A stretch of DNA of 64,000 nucleotides, taken from assembly GCA_965234725.1 (NCBI GenBank), contig CBDDUX010000026.1:32001-96000 (forward strand). The letters are read 5' to 3'. Positions 18,482-28,781 of this stretch are shown in pieces (the stretch's first letter is position 1; each line of letters opens with the position of its first letter). Source of the DNA: Thermoplasmatota archaeon. Its GTDB lineage: Archaea > Thermoplasmatota > Penumbrarchaeia > Penumbrarchaeales > Penumbrarchaeaceae. The notes below the pieces were generated by a model. It did no database searches. It was not told the DNA's origin and saw nothing but the letters and a program-made list of their open reading frames with translations. Made by a program: the position numbers and the translations under genes.

Positions 18482-21379
18482 TTGGAGGCATATCATATGT
18501 ACCCCTCAACGGCTCCTAGAAGGACCGGAAACATGGAACCGCCCGGAAGAAGATATCAACATAGCAGTAACGGACCGCAGTATGCACGGACAGGTCCCGG
18601 ACCAGAGCGATCAAGACCAGCCCATTCGGGATATGACACAAGAGGCCATCGAAGGTATAGGGCCGTTGAAGAGGCTGCTCCGGATGGGGAGATCTCAAGA
18701 TGGGCAGGCGAGAACAGGGGTCTGCTGACGGCAGTTCTGGTGATCTCCATCTCATTCATCATGGTCCTGGCTGGTCTGATGGTATGGGCGAACAATGATG
18801 ATAATGGTCCTTCAGGACCGACCTATTCGATAACCGAGTTCAGGGGCGGATCCTCCGAGGTCCTGGTAAATGCGACCTTTCTGGGGAATGATGCCTTCAT
18901 CACCGTACCCTGGAATGCTACTGTGACGGATGCTTCCCTTAGGATATCGGGTGCCCTTCCACCTGAGAGAAGAACATTTGAGGCCGGAAAGAACCCCATC
19001 GATCTGGATGTGGGTGATATCGATCTCGACCTAAGGGCAGATGCCGTTGTATTGAACTACGGGGATTCCACACTTATGGTCATGCGCAACCTGGGAGATG
19101 GCAGATTCCAGAGAGGAAGGACGATCCAGGTAGGAAACGCTCCGATCAGGGTCGAGCTGACATATCTGAACAATGATGCCTACCTGGATGCGGTGGTCCT
19201 TTCCGAGGATTCCCGGGATATGAGGGTCCTGATAAACGATCAGGTCGGAGGATTCATGAACAGGGGAGACCCGTTCCTTCTTCCAACCCTTCCATCGGAT
19301 ATCGGTGTCATAGACCTTGAGGGAGACGGTGATAACGATATAATTGTGTCAACTGTGAAAGACAACAATGTGACAATGTACATTAATGATGGCAATGGCA
19401 TTCTAACCCAGGGTTCCAAGCTCCTTACCGAAGGGAACCCAACTCGCCTGGGGATATCCGATATGGATGGGGACGGCCTTTCAGATATCGTCGTTTCAAA
19501 CCGCAGGGACCTGGATGAGAATCTGACACCCAGGGACAAGGAAAAGAAACCTGTCAATTGGTTCAACTCCATATCGGTCTTCAAGAACATGGGTGATCTC
19601 ACTTTCACGAAGTTGGTTGATGATATAAGGTCTGAAAAAGGAGTAAGCTCAATTGCATTGGGGGATTTAAACGGAGACGGGTCGGATGATATTGCGATGT
19701 CCAACCTGGGATATCATAATATTTCCTATGTTCTCAGCGATGGAAAGGGTGATTTCATCAGAGGTGACCCGTGGGAGCTTGACGTTGTCGAGCTCAGGTC
19801 CATGGACCCGATAGAGATGAAGCTTGAAGACCTGGATTCCGATGGTGATCTGGACCTTTGGGCACTTACCAAATCGGCTGATTCGGTCCTCTTCTATTGC
19901 AACATTGGGAATGGGGAGTTCCTTCCCTACTCCCAGATATTCGTTGGTGTTAACCCCACATCCTTCGAGATGATAGACATGGATGCCGATGGGGACAAGG
20001 ATATCATGACCTCGGACTGGAGAGGCTGGGATATGTTGTACAATGGCAATTCCACGATCTCTGTCATAGAGAACATGAGAGATGGGGTCTTCAAGACATA
20101 CAGACAGTACACCACAGGTAACAGTCCCAGGGGCGTATTTGCCAGGGACATCGACATGGACGGTGATCCTGATATTGCATCTGCCAACTACTTCGGGTCC
20201 ACCGTTTCGATCTTGGAGAACGATGGTCTTGGGAGATTTTCCGAGGACAGGGAATACCCCATAGGTTTGGAACCCTACGCGGTAGTGCTTGAAGATTTCG
20301 ACGGTGACGGTCTGGTTGACGGGGCATCTGCTGATGAGGCAAATTTCAGGATAGTACTCCTTAAGTCCAATGGTGATGGTGGTTTCACCACTGACAGGTA
20401 CCTCTATGATATCGGAGCATACCCGTTTTCACTGAGGACAGGGGATATTGATGACGACGGGGATATGGACCTCTTCACTTCCAACTATTTCCAGAATTCC
20501 ACCACTCTCCTGTTCAATGATGGTTCCGGTGATTTCCAGACCATGTTCAAGAACACCAAGACCATATTCCTCGGGGACAAAATGCCCTATGATTCCATAA
20601 TGGAGGACCTGGATGGTGACGGTCTCAAGGACCTGATAACTGTCAACAGAGGTGATTCCCTCGATCCAACGGATACCATTAGCGTTATGCTGAACGATGG
20701 TTCATTCACCTTCGATGTGATGAACGAATACAAGGTGGGAAAGGAGCCCACCTCGGCTGTTGTGATGGACCTTGACATGGACGGTGATCTGGACATAGGG
20801 ACGGCTGATACAATGGGAGATAGTTTCACGGTCCTACGGAATAACGGGGATGGAGTTTTCGAAGCTTGGGAATCACACCCTGTTGCCGATAGGCCGCAGT
20901 ACATCAATTCATTCGATTTCGATGGTGACGGTTGGCCAGACATCCTTGTCAGCTCATCGGATTCGAATTCTCTGTCCTTCTTCAGGAACGAGGAGGGTGC
21001 AGGTTTCACATGGTTCACCGATCAGAACATAGGGGCCTATCCTTATGCCATAGAGATGGCGGATTTCAATTCTGATGGGAGAATGGATATGGTATTGACC
21101 TCCGTCAACACCAACTCGGTCATTGTTACCGGATGCTACTACTATCCACATGGTCTAATGATCAACATTGGAAAGGATTCCTCGATAGAGGTCCAACATG
21201 ATGGAATGCTTTCGCCGGATGTTGTTCTTCAACTGGAAATGAAGAATGAGCTGAACAGATATATCAAGGCTAACAGGGTGGAGGGAGAGGACCTTAACAT
21301 TCCTTTGAGCATAATATGCCAGCAGGAAGGTATTGTCAGGTTGTCAAACCTGCTCGTGGTCTACTCCCTTGATGGTTGA
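18482..21379 (+). CDS. Membrane-anchored FG-GAP/VCBS repeat (beta-propeller) surface protein
   Basis: N-terminal TM helix; about 14 DxDxDGxxD repeats with N.G.G.F spacers. Confidence 0.85.
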   Translation: MEAYHMYPSTAPRRTGNMEPPGRRYQHSSNGPQYARTGPGPERSRPAHSGYDTRGHRRYRAVEEAAPDGEISRWAGENRGLLTAVLVISISFIMVLAGLMVWANNDDNGPSGPTYSITEFRGGSSEVLVNATFLGNDAFITVPWNATVTDASLRISGALPPERRTFEAGKNPIDLDVGDIDLDLRADAVVLNYGDSTLMVMRNLGDGRFQRGRTIQVGNAPIRVELTYLNNDAYLDAVVLSEDSRDMRVLINDQVGGFMNRGDPFLLPTLPSDIGVIDLEGDGDNDIIVSTVKDNNVTMYINDGNGILTQGSKLLTEGNPTRLGISDMDGDGLSDIVVSNRRDLDENLTPRDKEKKPVNWFNSISVFKNMGDLTFTKLVDDIRSEKGVSSIALGDLNGDGSDDIAMSNLGYHNISYVLSDGKGDFIRGDPWELDVVELRSMDPIEMKLEDLDSDGDLDLWALTKSADSVLFYCNIGNGEFLPYSQIFVGVNPTSFEMIDMDADGDKDIMTSDWRGWDMLYNGNSTISVIENMRDGVFKTYRQYTTGNSPRGVFARDIDMDGDPDIASANYFGSTVSILENDGLGRFSEDREYPIGLEPYAVVLEDFDGDGLVDGASADEANFRIVLLKSNGDGGFTTDRYLYDIGAYPFSLRTGDIDDDGDMDLFTSNYFQNSTTLLFNDGSGDFQTMFKNTKTIFLGDKMPYDSIMEDLDGDGLKDLITVNRGDSLDPTDTISVMLNDGSFTFDVMNEYKVGKEPTSAVVMDLDMDGDLDIGTADTMGDSFTVLRNNGDGVFEAWESHPVADRPQYINSFDFDGDGWPDILVSSSDSNSLSFFRNEEGAGFTWFTDQNIGAYPYAIEMADFNSDGRMDMVLTSVNTNSVIVTGCYYYPHGLMINIGKDSSIEVQHDGMLSPDVVLQLEMKNELNRYIKANRVEGEDLNIPLSIICQQEGIVRLSNLLVVYSLDG

Positions 21380-21394
21380 TCGGAACAGTTTATA

Positions 21395-23404
21395 TCATGC
21401 CAACCTGAAATGCTCTCCACAGAAGGGACATTCCCCCTTCTGTGCGACCTTTTCAGTAAGGTTCCTGTTGCATCCGGGACAGAGGTAGATGGTGACCTCT
21501 TTCTCCCCTGTGCTGAACATCTCTCCGCAGTGAGGACAGACGGACGATCCAAGTTCCTCTTCTGAGAGTATCCCGCTGCAGTGCGGGCAGTGATATTCAA
21601 CGGATCCTTCATCTTCCATTCTTGAGAGTCTTTTTTTCTCCTCTTCCAGTTCATCCTTCATCTTCTTGAGGTTCTCCTGGGCCTTCTTGATCGATGCAGA
21701 CCTCTGATCCAGGTCCTTTCTCTCTGACCCAAGCCCATCCTTTGTGGAATCGAGTTCGTTCTTGTATACATCGAGGTCTCTTCTATTTGCTTCAAGCTCT
21801 AGCCTGATGTTCGAGATCTCCTTCCTTTCATCCTCAAGCTTGGACCTATCGTCTTCCAGCTTCAACAATTCAGCGGAGGATTCCTCGATCTCCTTTCTGG
21901 CTGCAGCGATCTCCTCCTGTTCTACCGTGAGGTTCTGTTGGAACTGTTTCAGGGATTCACCGTACTGTTTCCACTTATCGGCATCCAGTTTCAACTGTTC
22001 TTCCCAGGTTTTTAACTCTACCTCTTTGCTTTCAAGTGACTTCTCCATGTCTGTCGGGTCCTTGGCTTGTTCGATGGTTCCAGGAGTAGCTTCCAGTTTC
22101 GCTTTAAGGCTCACGTTCTCCTCCTGAAGCTTGACGATCATGGCCTCAAGGTTCTCGGAATTGTGCCTTACTTTGCGGAGCTCTTCTTCCAGGAGGCTTG
22201 ATCTGACCAGCTCTTCCTGCTTATCGTCTTCATTTTCGGTCTTTGCGGAATTTTCCAGCTCCTTTTTAGCCGCTTCGAACTCCTGTTGGACCTTGTTGAA
22301 CTCTTCTTGTTCCTTGGTCAGGTCCTGCTGGTACTGTTTGAGGGACTCTCCATACTGTCTCCATTTTTCTGCACTTTCCTCGATCTGGGCCTCCCTCTGG
22401 GTAAGTTCCATCTCACGCTCTTCAAGGGCGGCGGTGTCAACCTTTTCCTCCTCACCACCGGTTTCCTGGGCTTGTTTCAACTGTGAGTTCTGCTCCTGAA
22501 GTTTCATCACAGCCTCCTGGAGCTTCTCAAGGGTGGCATCCTTCTTGTTGATCTCCTCTCTGAGTGACTCGATCTCTATTGATGTGGATGATCCAGGTGG
22601 AACAGATGAGGATCCCTTTTCATCGAACTCACTTCTTTGTCTTTCGAATTCTTCTTTTACCCTGTTGAACTCTTCTTGCTGTTGGGTGAGGTCCTGATGA
22701 TAGTTTTTGAGGGTCTCACCGTATTCCTTCCATCTTGTGGCCTTTTCCTCAAGCTCGGCCTCTCTGGAAGCCAGGACGGATGCCATCTCTCTGAGTGATG
22801 CATCTTCTTCATTGCTTTCCTTGGGGTTTTCCTTTTCTTTCAACTCCCTGTTCAGTTCCTGGAGCTTTACAACTGCTTCCTGGAGTTTGATGACTGTTGC
22901 CTTTGATCCCTCAAGCTCCTCCCTCAGAGCATCTATCTCTCCGCTATCCACAGAATTATCCTTCACACCTTCTGTCCCACTTTCTGGTCCCAGGGTCTTG
23001 GACCTTTCATATTCTTCTCTTTCCTTGTTGAACTCTTCCTGCTGTTGGGTGAGGTCCTGATGATAGTTCTTGAGGGTCTCACCGTATTCCTTCCATTTCT
23101 CAGCGTTTGTTTCGACCTCTCTCTCCTTTCCCAGAAGCTCCTCCTCTCTTGAGGCCAGCTCCTTGGAAGCGGTCTGATACTGGTCTCCTGTTTCCTTGAG
23201 TTTCAGATTGTATTCCTCAAGTTCCTTCCGATAGTTCTCGAGGTCGACCCTCGCCTTCTCGATCTCCTTTTCCCTCTCGGAAAGGGATGACTTCATCTCA
23301 TTGATCTCCAGTAGTCTCTCCCGCAATTTCGCCTTCATCGGATCAATGTCCGCGGCTTTATCGGTCGTTTTCTCATCATTACTGCTGGCATTTGCCTCGG
23401 GCAT
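21395..23404 (-). CDS. Long coiled-coil protein with four internal repeats and C-terminal double Zn ribbon
   Basis: E/K-rich heptads; WKEYGETLKNYHQDLT-type repeats; CPHC..CPHC..CPGC..CPFC; GGAGTG RBS before ATG 23404. Confidence 0.8.
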   Translation of the reverse strand: MPEANASSNDEKTTDKAADIDPMKAKLRERLLEINEMKSSLSEREKEIEKARVDLENYRKELEEYNLKLKETGDQYQTASKELASREEELLGKEREVETNAEKWKEYGETLKNYHQDLTQQQEEFNKEREEYERSKTLGPESGTEGVKDNSVDSGEIDALREELEGSKATVIKLQEAVVKLQELNRELKEKENPKESNEEDASLREMASVLASREAELEEKATRWKEYGETLKNYHQDLTQQQEEFNRVKEEFERQRSEFDEKGSSSVPPGSSTSIEIESLREEINKKDATLEKLQEAVMKLQEQNSQLKQAQETGGEEEKVDTAALEEREMELTQREAQIEESAEKWRQYGESLKQYQQDLTKEQEEFNKVQQEFEAAKKELENSAKTENEDDKQEELVRSSLLEEELRKVRHNSENLEAMIVKLQEENVSLKAKLEATPGTIEQAKDPTDMEKSLESKEVELKTWEEQLKLDADKWKQYGESLKQFQQNLTVEQEEIAAARKEIEESSAELLKLEDDRSKLEDERKEISNIRLELEANRRDLDVYKNELDSTKDGLGSERKDLDQRSASIKKAQENLKKMKDELEEEKKRLSRMEDEGSVEYHCPHCSGILSEEELGSSVCPHCGEMFSTGEKEVTIYLCPGCNRNLTEKVAQKGECPFCGEHFRLA
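21930..23096 (-). repeat. Intragenic repeat with ~363-bp period (four copies of a W-K-[EQ]-Y-G-E-[TS]-L-K module)
   Basis: 22663-22733 and 23026-23096 are ~71-bp copies with 2 mismatches; more diverged copies near 22293-22363 and 21930-21975. Confidence 0.85.
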
Positions 23405-23475
23405 ATGATTCACTCCATTCCTTAAATTGACCAAGCCTCACTGTGCAAGGTCCTATATCTTTTTCACTTCATTTT

Positions 23476-25755
23476 CTAGGTCCCTTCCTTTTGGGAGGGT
23501 CCATCGTCAAGATCTCCATTGGAAGTTATCTCCTTTGGATCTGAATGTTTTTTCATTGTTACCTTGAATTCCTTTAATTTCTTCTGGATGCGCTCCCATT
23601 TCTCCTTGAGTGAGGCTTCTCTTTCATTCAATGAGGCCTCTTTACCCTGCAGGGAACTTTCCCAGCTCTCAAGGAAACCCTTCTGACCATCCAGCTGTTC
23701 CTTTCTACCTTCAATTTCAATATTTGAGGCCTCAAGGAGCTTCTTGTATTCCTCGAGTCTTTTGGAATAATCCTCCCAATCCTTCTTGACCTTTTCAAGC
23801 TCAGCGGCTTTTTCAACAATCTTGTTCTCTTTAAGAACAAGTTCCTCCTTGAAGGTATCCGATTCCTGTTTTTCAGAGGCTAAATTTGCCCTGGTCGAAT
23901 CAAGTTTGGAACTTTGCTCAGCTAAGTCCTTCTCAGCTGATGCGATCTCTTTCTCCCTTTTGTCAAGGTTCTCTTCTTTGGGCCTGATGACATTTTCCCT
24001 CTCCTCCAGTTCCCTTCCCTTCTCCTCCAGTTCCCCTGATCTCTCCTCTGCCTTTTCCTTTATTGATGTCAATTCAGTGGAAAGTTTTTCCAAAGATGAG
24101 GTCTGCTCATTGAGCTCGATCTCCTTTTTTTCCGCATTCTCTTCTCTTTTCTTCATAACAAGGTCCAAACGGTCCAATTCTTTTTTCCGCTTGGAAAGAT
24201 CCTTTTCTCTCTCGGATATTCCATTTTCCCTCTCATCAAGTTCTGCAGAATGGTCCACAAGTGACCTTTCGGTCTCCTCGATCTCCTGGGTCCTTTTTTC
24301 AAGGTCCTCCTCTTTTTCTTTAATGATCACCAAATTATCTCTGATACTGGACCGATCCTCTTCGAGTTTCTCTTCGATTTCCTTGATACGTTGTTCCTTC
24401 TCTGAGAATTTAACCACCCTTTTTCCAAGGTCCGCTTCCGCAGCAGCGAGATCGTTCACATTCTGCTTCTGTTTCTCATCTCTCAAATCAAGTTCGTTTG
24501 AACGGTTCTGTAATGAATCCTCTCTATTCTTGATATCATTTTGAAGTGCCTTCAACTCTTCTTCCTTTTTCTCAAGGGAAGAAAAGATCTCATCCAATTC
24601 CCTGGACCTTGTATCAAGGGCTGCGCTTCGGGAATCTACATCCTCCAGCTTCTTCCTCCATTCTCTCCTCTCTGCCACTATGTGCTCTTTTTCGATCCTT
24701 GCTGAACCGATCAATGAATCGAGTTCCTCTTCCTTTCCCTTGAGGACCGATGTCAATTCCTCATTCTGTTCGAGGTTCTTCTTCGAGATGTTGAGTTCTA
24801 TTTCCTTTTCGTTCAGGGATGCCTGTCTTTCATTCAGATCATTCTCCCTCTCATCCAGGTTCCTGAACCGATCGAGTATGTCCTTTGATCCCTCTCTTTT
24901 CCTTTCGAGTTCCTCTGAATCATGGGAGATCTCAAGAGCCTTTTCCTCAAGTTCTCCTCTGTATCTCTCAAGTTCCTCTCTGAACTTGAGATTTGATTCC
25001 CTGTCCTCTTCCATCTCTTTTTTAAGAGTGTTGACCTTTTCTCTCTCTTCATCCATTTCGGCGTTGAGCCTCCGGATCTCATCTTCCTTTTCCTCCAGAA
25101 GGTCCGCGGCCTGGTGATCGTTCATGGAAGTCCCAGAGACCATTTTCAGTTCTTTGGAAAGCTCCTGGTTCTTGGTATTGAGGTCGGAGATTATCTCTGC
25201 CTGGTTTTCGATCCTCAGTTTTAGTTCGTTCAATTCCTTGATATGCCTCTGGTGGATCTCCTCTGAGCCATCTGTTTTGCTGGTTGAAGTTGCTTCCCTT
25301 GCTTCCTTGAGGTCACTCTGGAGCTCTATCATCTTCTTTTTAAGGTTCTCGTTTTCTTCCATCAATTTATTAAATGAGGCAGGGTCGACCTCCATTTCCT
25401 TGATCTGGTTCTGTTTCTTTATGATCGATCGAAGCTGTCTGTTTATTGATCCATAGATCTTGATCTCCTCATCCCTGTCCTTCCCATCATTTAGCTCTTT
25501 CAGGTCTTCTTCCTTGGATCGAAGGTCTTGAGATATGGCATCAAGTAGTGCAAGTGTCTCTTTGTCATCAGAACCTTTCTCAACGGAACGCTTCCTTGCA
25601 TCCCCTTCCAATACGCTGGAATCAGGCATGACAGTGAATATACCCTGGCATTTCATGCAGCTATATGCCTTGGGACCCGTGGATACTTCTGCCCAGAGCT
25701 TTGACTTGCAGAAGGGGCAGGTGAAGATCTTTCTGTTCGAACCTTTAATATCCAA
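23476..25755 (-). CDS. Long coiled-coil protein with N-terminal Zn ribbon
   Basis: CPFC..CMKC at the N-terminus followed by ~650 aa of heptad-rich E/K/L sequence. Confidence 0.8.
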   Translation of the reverse strand: MDIKGSNRKIFTCPFCKSKLWAEVSTGPKAYSCMKCQGIFTVMPDSSVLEGDARKRSVEKGSDDKETLALLDAISQDLRSKEEDLKELNDGKDRDEEIKIYGSINRQLRSIIKKQNQIKEMEVDPASFNKLMEENENLKKKMIELQSDLKEAREATSTSKTDGSEEIHQRHIKELNELKLRIENQAEIISDLNTKNQELSKELKMVSGTSMNDHQAADLLEEKEDEIRRLNAEMDEEREKVNTLKKEMEEDRESNLKFREELERYRGELEEKALEISHDSEELERKREGSKDILDRFRNLDERENDLNERQASLNEKEIELNISKKNLEQNEELTSVLKGKEEELDSLIGSARIEKEHIVAERREWRKKLEDVDSRSAALDTRSRELDEIFSSLEKKEEELKALQNDIKNREDSLQNRSNELDLRDEKQKQNVNDLAAAEADLGKRVVKFSEKEQRIKEIEEKLEEDRSSIRDNLVIIKEKEEDLEKRTQEIEETERSLVDHSAELDERENGISEREKDLSKRKKELDRLDLVMKKREENAEKKEIELNEQTSSLEKLSTELTSIKEKAEERSGELEEKGRELEERENVIRPKEENLDKREKEIASAEKDLAEQSSKLDSTRANLASEKQESDTFKEELVLKENKIVEKAAELEKVKKDWEDYSKRLEEYKKLLEASNIEIEGRKEQLDGQKGFLESWESSLQGKEASLNEREASLKEKWERIQKKLKEFKVTMKKHSDPKEITSNGDLDDGPSQKEGT

Positions 25756-26148
25756 TCACATCACCACACGAACATAATGATCCAGGGACCTTTCCCCCAT
25801 ATGTAGGATATATTTTAATACGTTTTGTTGGATAATGCCAAATTCGATCGAACATCCATTGATTTATTGAATTAGAAGGTGACGATGATCGATGGATCGA
25901 TCGTTCCTTCGGATATTTTTTTCGGGCTTTTGGTGACTTGTCTGATGATATACCAGAAACTTAATGAATGTTTACAAGTGTGGCCAATCCTAGGCATATC
26001 GAAAAGCAAGTTACTACCCATGTCCCTTCATATGATCCGGACTGGGAGTGGATCGAGACTTATAGTATAGACATGAAATGGTGGTGGGATCGTGCCGATC
26101 CCCTGGGCAGGGATCAACTCTTTCTAAAAACAGCATGAAGGCTAAAGA

Positions 26149-26475
26149 ATGATCGTGTCTAAGAAACTGAAATGGAATCCGAACAAATGGAAGGAAAAAC
26201 CCAGGTATGAGCTGGACCTCTCTATAAACAAGAGACGTATTCACATTTTTTACCATCACTCAGAGATCTCCGAGGGGAGATTGATCAACGATATTGAAGA
26301 AAGGAGCGGTCAAGAGGTAGTTGTCTATATACCGGAAATGCCCAAAATTGGAGAGGATATCACCTTCTATCTATGTATAATAGGATATCTACCCAATTAC
26401 TCAAAACTCTGTCCTCCGGAATCTGGGTGCTGTCCCCATTGCGGAGAAAGAATATCGGGATACAGTGAGGCATAA
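26149..26475 (+). CDS. Small hypothetical protein with C-terminal Cys cluster (Zn ribbon-like)
   Basis: 108-aa ORF ending LCPPESGCCPHCGERI. Confidence 0.5.
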   Translation: MIVSKKLKWNPNKWKEKPRYELDLSINKRRIHIFYHHSEISEGRLINDIEERSGQEVVVYIPEMPKIGEDITFYLCIIGYLPNYSKLCPPESGCCPHCGERISGYSEA

Positions 26476-26593
26476 TATCTCCTTCAAGTAGATCCGGATC
26501 AATTTCCAGATCATAACCTCTTTTTAAAAATGATCGGATAATTCACAGGATTATAGTTTGTGACATAAACTTTTTAAACACATCCAGGATTAG

Positions 26594-28705
26594 ATGACTA
26601 TGATCAACCAGGGAACCCTGGGCCCAACACCTCAGGCACGCCGAGCTTTCGTGGCATTGGGTTTATGCCTGGTATTCTTCCTTTCGGTCCTTTTACCAAC
26701 CGGAAATGTGATGGGAATGGGATCCCGTGCTCTGGTAACCTACATCGGATCGATCGAAGGGGACGGAGATGATGGAGAGACGGTCCTTGCAGGTTATCGA
26801 TGGTATACCTGTAATTTCACATTCATAGACTGGATCGAGGGAATTGACTCTTCCCTGGTCACAATTGAGAGGGGAGAGGGAGAGGATGAGGAGCTTTTCC
26901 ATTTCGATCCGGAGGGATCCAATCTTACATTTTTGGAGACCTCAAAGACTATCGATGTAAAGGACCCGATGATCGTACTTCAGAACGGTAGGAACCTAAC
27001 CCTCACCTTCAAGATCTGGATCCACTTGAACTGGACATTTCAGACACAGGTGACATTGAAACCGCGCATATGGAGCAATGGTTCTGAGGTCGGCCTCGAT
27101 TCACCCCAGTTACTGAGGTTTGATATCTATGGATATCTTCAGCCTGTCAGAGACCTGATAAGGGTGGTAGACCACTTAGGAAATGATATCCGGACAGGAG
27201 AAGCGGTCCTTTCAAACTCCACCATATCATTAACCGGACTCAATTTCGAATATGATGATAACTCAGAGAGATTCTCCGGGCTCAGGCCGGACCCTGAAAG
27301 GGTCCATCCGCAAGTGGAATATGGGACCATGTCCACGAACGCTACCTTCATGACAAACGGATTTCAGGCAGAGATCATGGTTCCGGACCTTGAAAGCGGA
27401 AACCTGATGCTATCCATAGACATTCCGGGTGTGAGGAGTGAATGGAAACTCGCCCTCTCGGCATGGTCCTTCTCTCTTGACATCGACGGGATAGGACCGA
27501 AGATAGAGATCACCAAACCAGCCCCTGGAAAGACACAATCCGATAAGGAATTCGTATGGAACATCACGGTGACCGACCGACCCGTTACAGCTGGTGTTTA
27601 TGTAAACGGTTCAACTGTCAGATATCGGGTCTGGACCATAGAATCGAACTGGTCACAGTGGTACGATATTCCTTCCTCAACTGATGCAAGGTCCATCTTC
27701 TTTTCCGGTTCTGCTACAGGTATTCCAGGGACCGGGACCACAATGATCCAATTTATGGCCGAGGATGTTCTTGGCAATGTCAATATCACAGAACCATACC
27801 CTGTGAAGATAAACAAGGCCCCTTCCCTGAACATCTCAGAGGTCATAATAGGCCTGGAATTGCCCAATAATAGTTCATTGGAGTTAGACGGATCGGACTA
27901 TGTCAGCGATCCGGACGGGGATGCCATATTCTACAAATGGTATCTTGATGATTCCGAACCACTCTCCACCCTTGCAAATTTCAGAAAACCCCTATTTGAT
28001 GTGGAACCCGGTGTCCATACCATCAAACTGGAGATAAGTGATGGCCACGAAGAGGTCTCACAGTCCTTTACATTCAATGTCACCAAGGCTAAGGACCGAG
28101 ATGAGGGAAAAACCTGGTTCGAGGAGTTGATGGAAGATGAGAACCTTTTCTGGTATCTTCTTCCCATCGCCCTTATTGCTATATTGATACCTCTCATCGT
28201 ACTCATCCTTTTCATATCAAGGAAGGCCAGGGAAAGGAGGGGGGACGATTTCATCATCGATGAGGATAGGGCCATGGACATGTCCCAGGCAGAGGAGACG
28301 GCAAAGCGGATATTGGATAATATGACCGCCAGGGAATCCGTTGATTTTCAGACATCCTCCTATGCTGTTACCATAGATGAGGGATTCGATTTCGATTATG
28401 ATCTCTATGAGGTCCTTGGCCTTGAATCGAACGCAACTGAAACTGAGATCAAGAAGAAATACCGCAAATTGGCGGCATTCTATCATCCCGACATGGTCGC
28501 ACAGCACGGGGAGGTGTCCGGGGAGGATTCCGCCGAGGAGATGATGAGGATAAACAAGGCAAAGGAGGTCCTTCTTAATCCAGAAAGGAGGGTTATCTAT
28601 GACTCCTACATCAATGACTTGGATTTCTCCATGGATATCGGGGACATGGGGGACATGGGGGATATGGGGGATGACGATCCCGACTTCGATGATGAATGGA
28701 CTTGA
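26594..28705 (+). CDS. Secreted Ig/PKD-like domains, TM helix and C-terminal DnaJ (J) domain
   Basis: N-terminal hydrophobic signal; SDPDGD..YKWYLD..G.HTI.LEISDG PKD-like domain; TM helix; DLYEVLGL..EIKKKYRKLA..YHPD..INKAKEVLLNPERR..YD. Confidence 0.88.
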   Translation: MTMINQGTLGPTPQARRAFVALGLCLVFFLSVLLPTGNVMGMGSRALVTYIGSIEGDGDDGETVLAGYRWYTCNFTFIDWIEGIDSSLVTIERGEGEDEELFHFDPEGSNLTFLETSKTIDVKDPMIVLQNGRNLTLTFKIWIHLNWTFQTQVTLKPRIWSNGSEVGLDSPQLLRFDIYGYLQPVRDLIRVVDHLGNDIRTGEAVLSNSTISLTGLNFEYDDNSERFSGLRPDPERVHPQVEYGTMSTNATFMTNGFQAEIMVPDLESGNLMLSIDIPGVRSEWKLALSAWSFSLDIDGIGPKIEITKPAPGKTQSDKEFVWNITVTDRPVTAGVYVNGSTVRYRVWTIESNWSQWYDIPSSTDARSIFFSGSATGIPGTGTTMIQFMAEDVLGNVNITEPYPVKINKAPSLNISEVIIGLELPNNSSLELDGSDYVSDPDGDAIFYKWYLDDSEPLSTLANFRKPLFDVEPGVHTIKLEISDGHEEVSQSFTFNVTKAKDRDEGKTWFEELMEDENLFWYLLPIALIAILIPLIVLILFISRKARERRGDDFIIDEDRAMDMSQAEETAKRILDNMTARESVDFQTSSYAVTIDEGFDFDYDLYEVLGLESNATETEIKKKYRKLAAFYHPDMVAQHGEVSGEDSAEEMMRINKAKEVLLNPERRVIYDSYINDLDFSMDIGDMGDMGDMGDDDPDFDDEWT

Positions 28706-28716
28706 TGGTAATCTGA

Positions 28717-28744
28717 GGGTAATTACCCCTTGTCCCTTTATATA
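28717..28744 (+). promoter_or_regulatory. Perfect 12-bp palindrome GGGTAATTACCC followed by archaeal TATA box TTTATATA, upstream of the giant pilin operon
   Basis: Palindrome 28717-28728; TATA 28737-28744; gene starts at 28782. Confidence 0.55.
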
Positions 28745-28781
28745 AAAGATCGGAACCTAAACAGTTCAAGGAGTTGATGAT

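Noticed and set aside
21930-23096. Regularly spaced direct repeats considered as a CRISPR array
   Set aside because: The ~363-bp period, in-frame coding and absence of cas genes indicate protein repeats.
21744-25456. Long Ser/Phe-rich plus-strand ORFs (e.g. 23786..24544)
   Set aside because: They are antisense shadows of the E/K-rich coiled-coil genes.
28632-28672. 9-bp tandem repeat (GGGGACATG-like)
   Set aside because: In-frame low-complexity GDM repeat in the J-domain protein tail; not a CRISPR or regulatory array.
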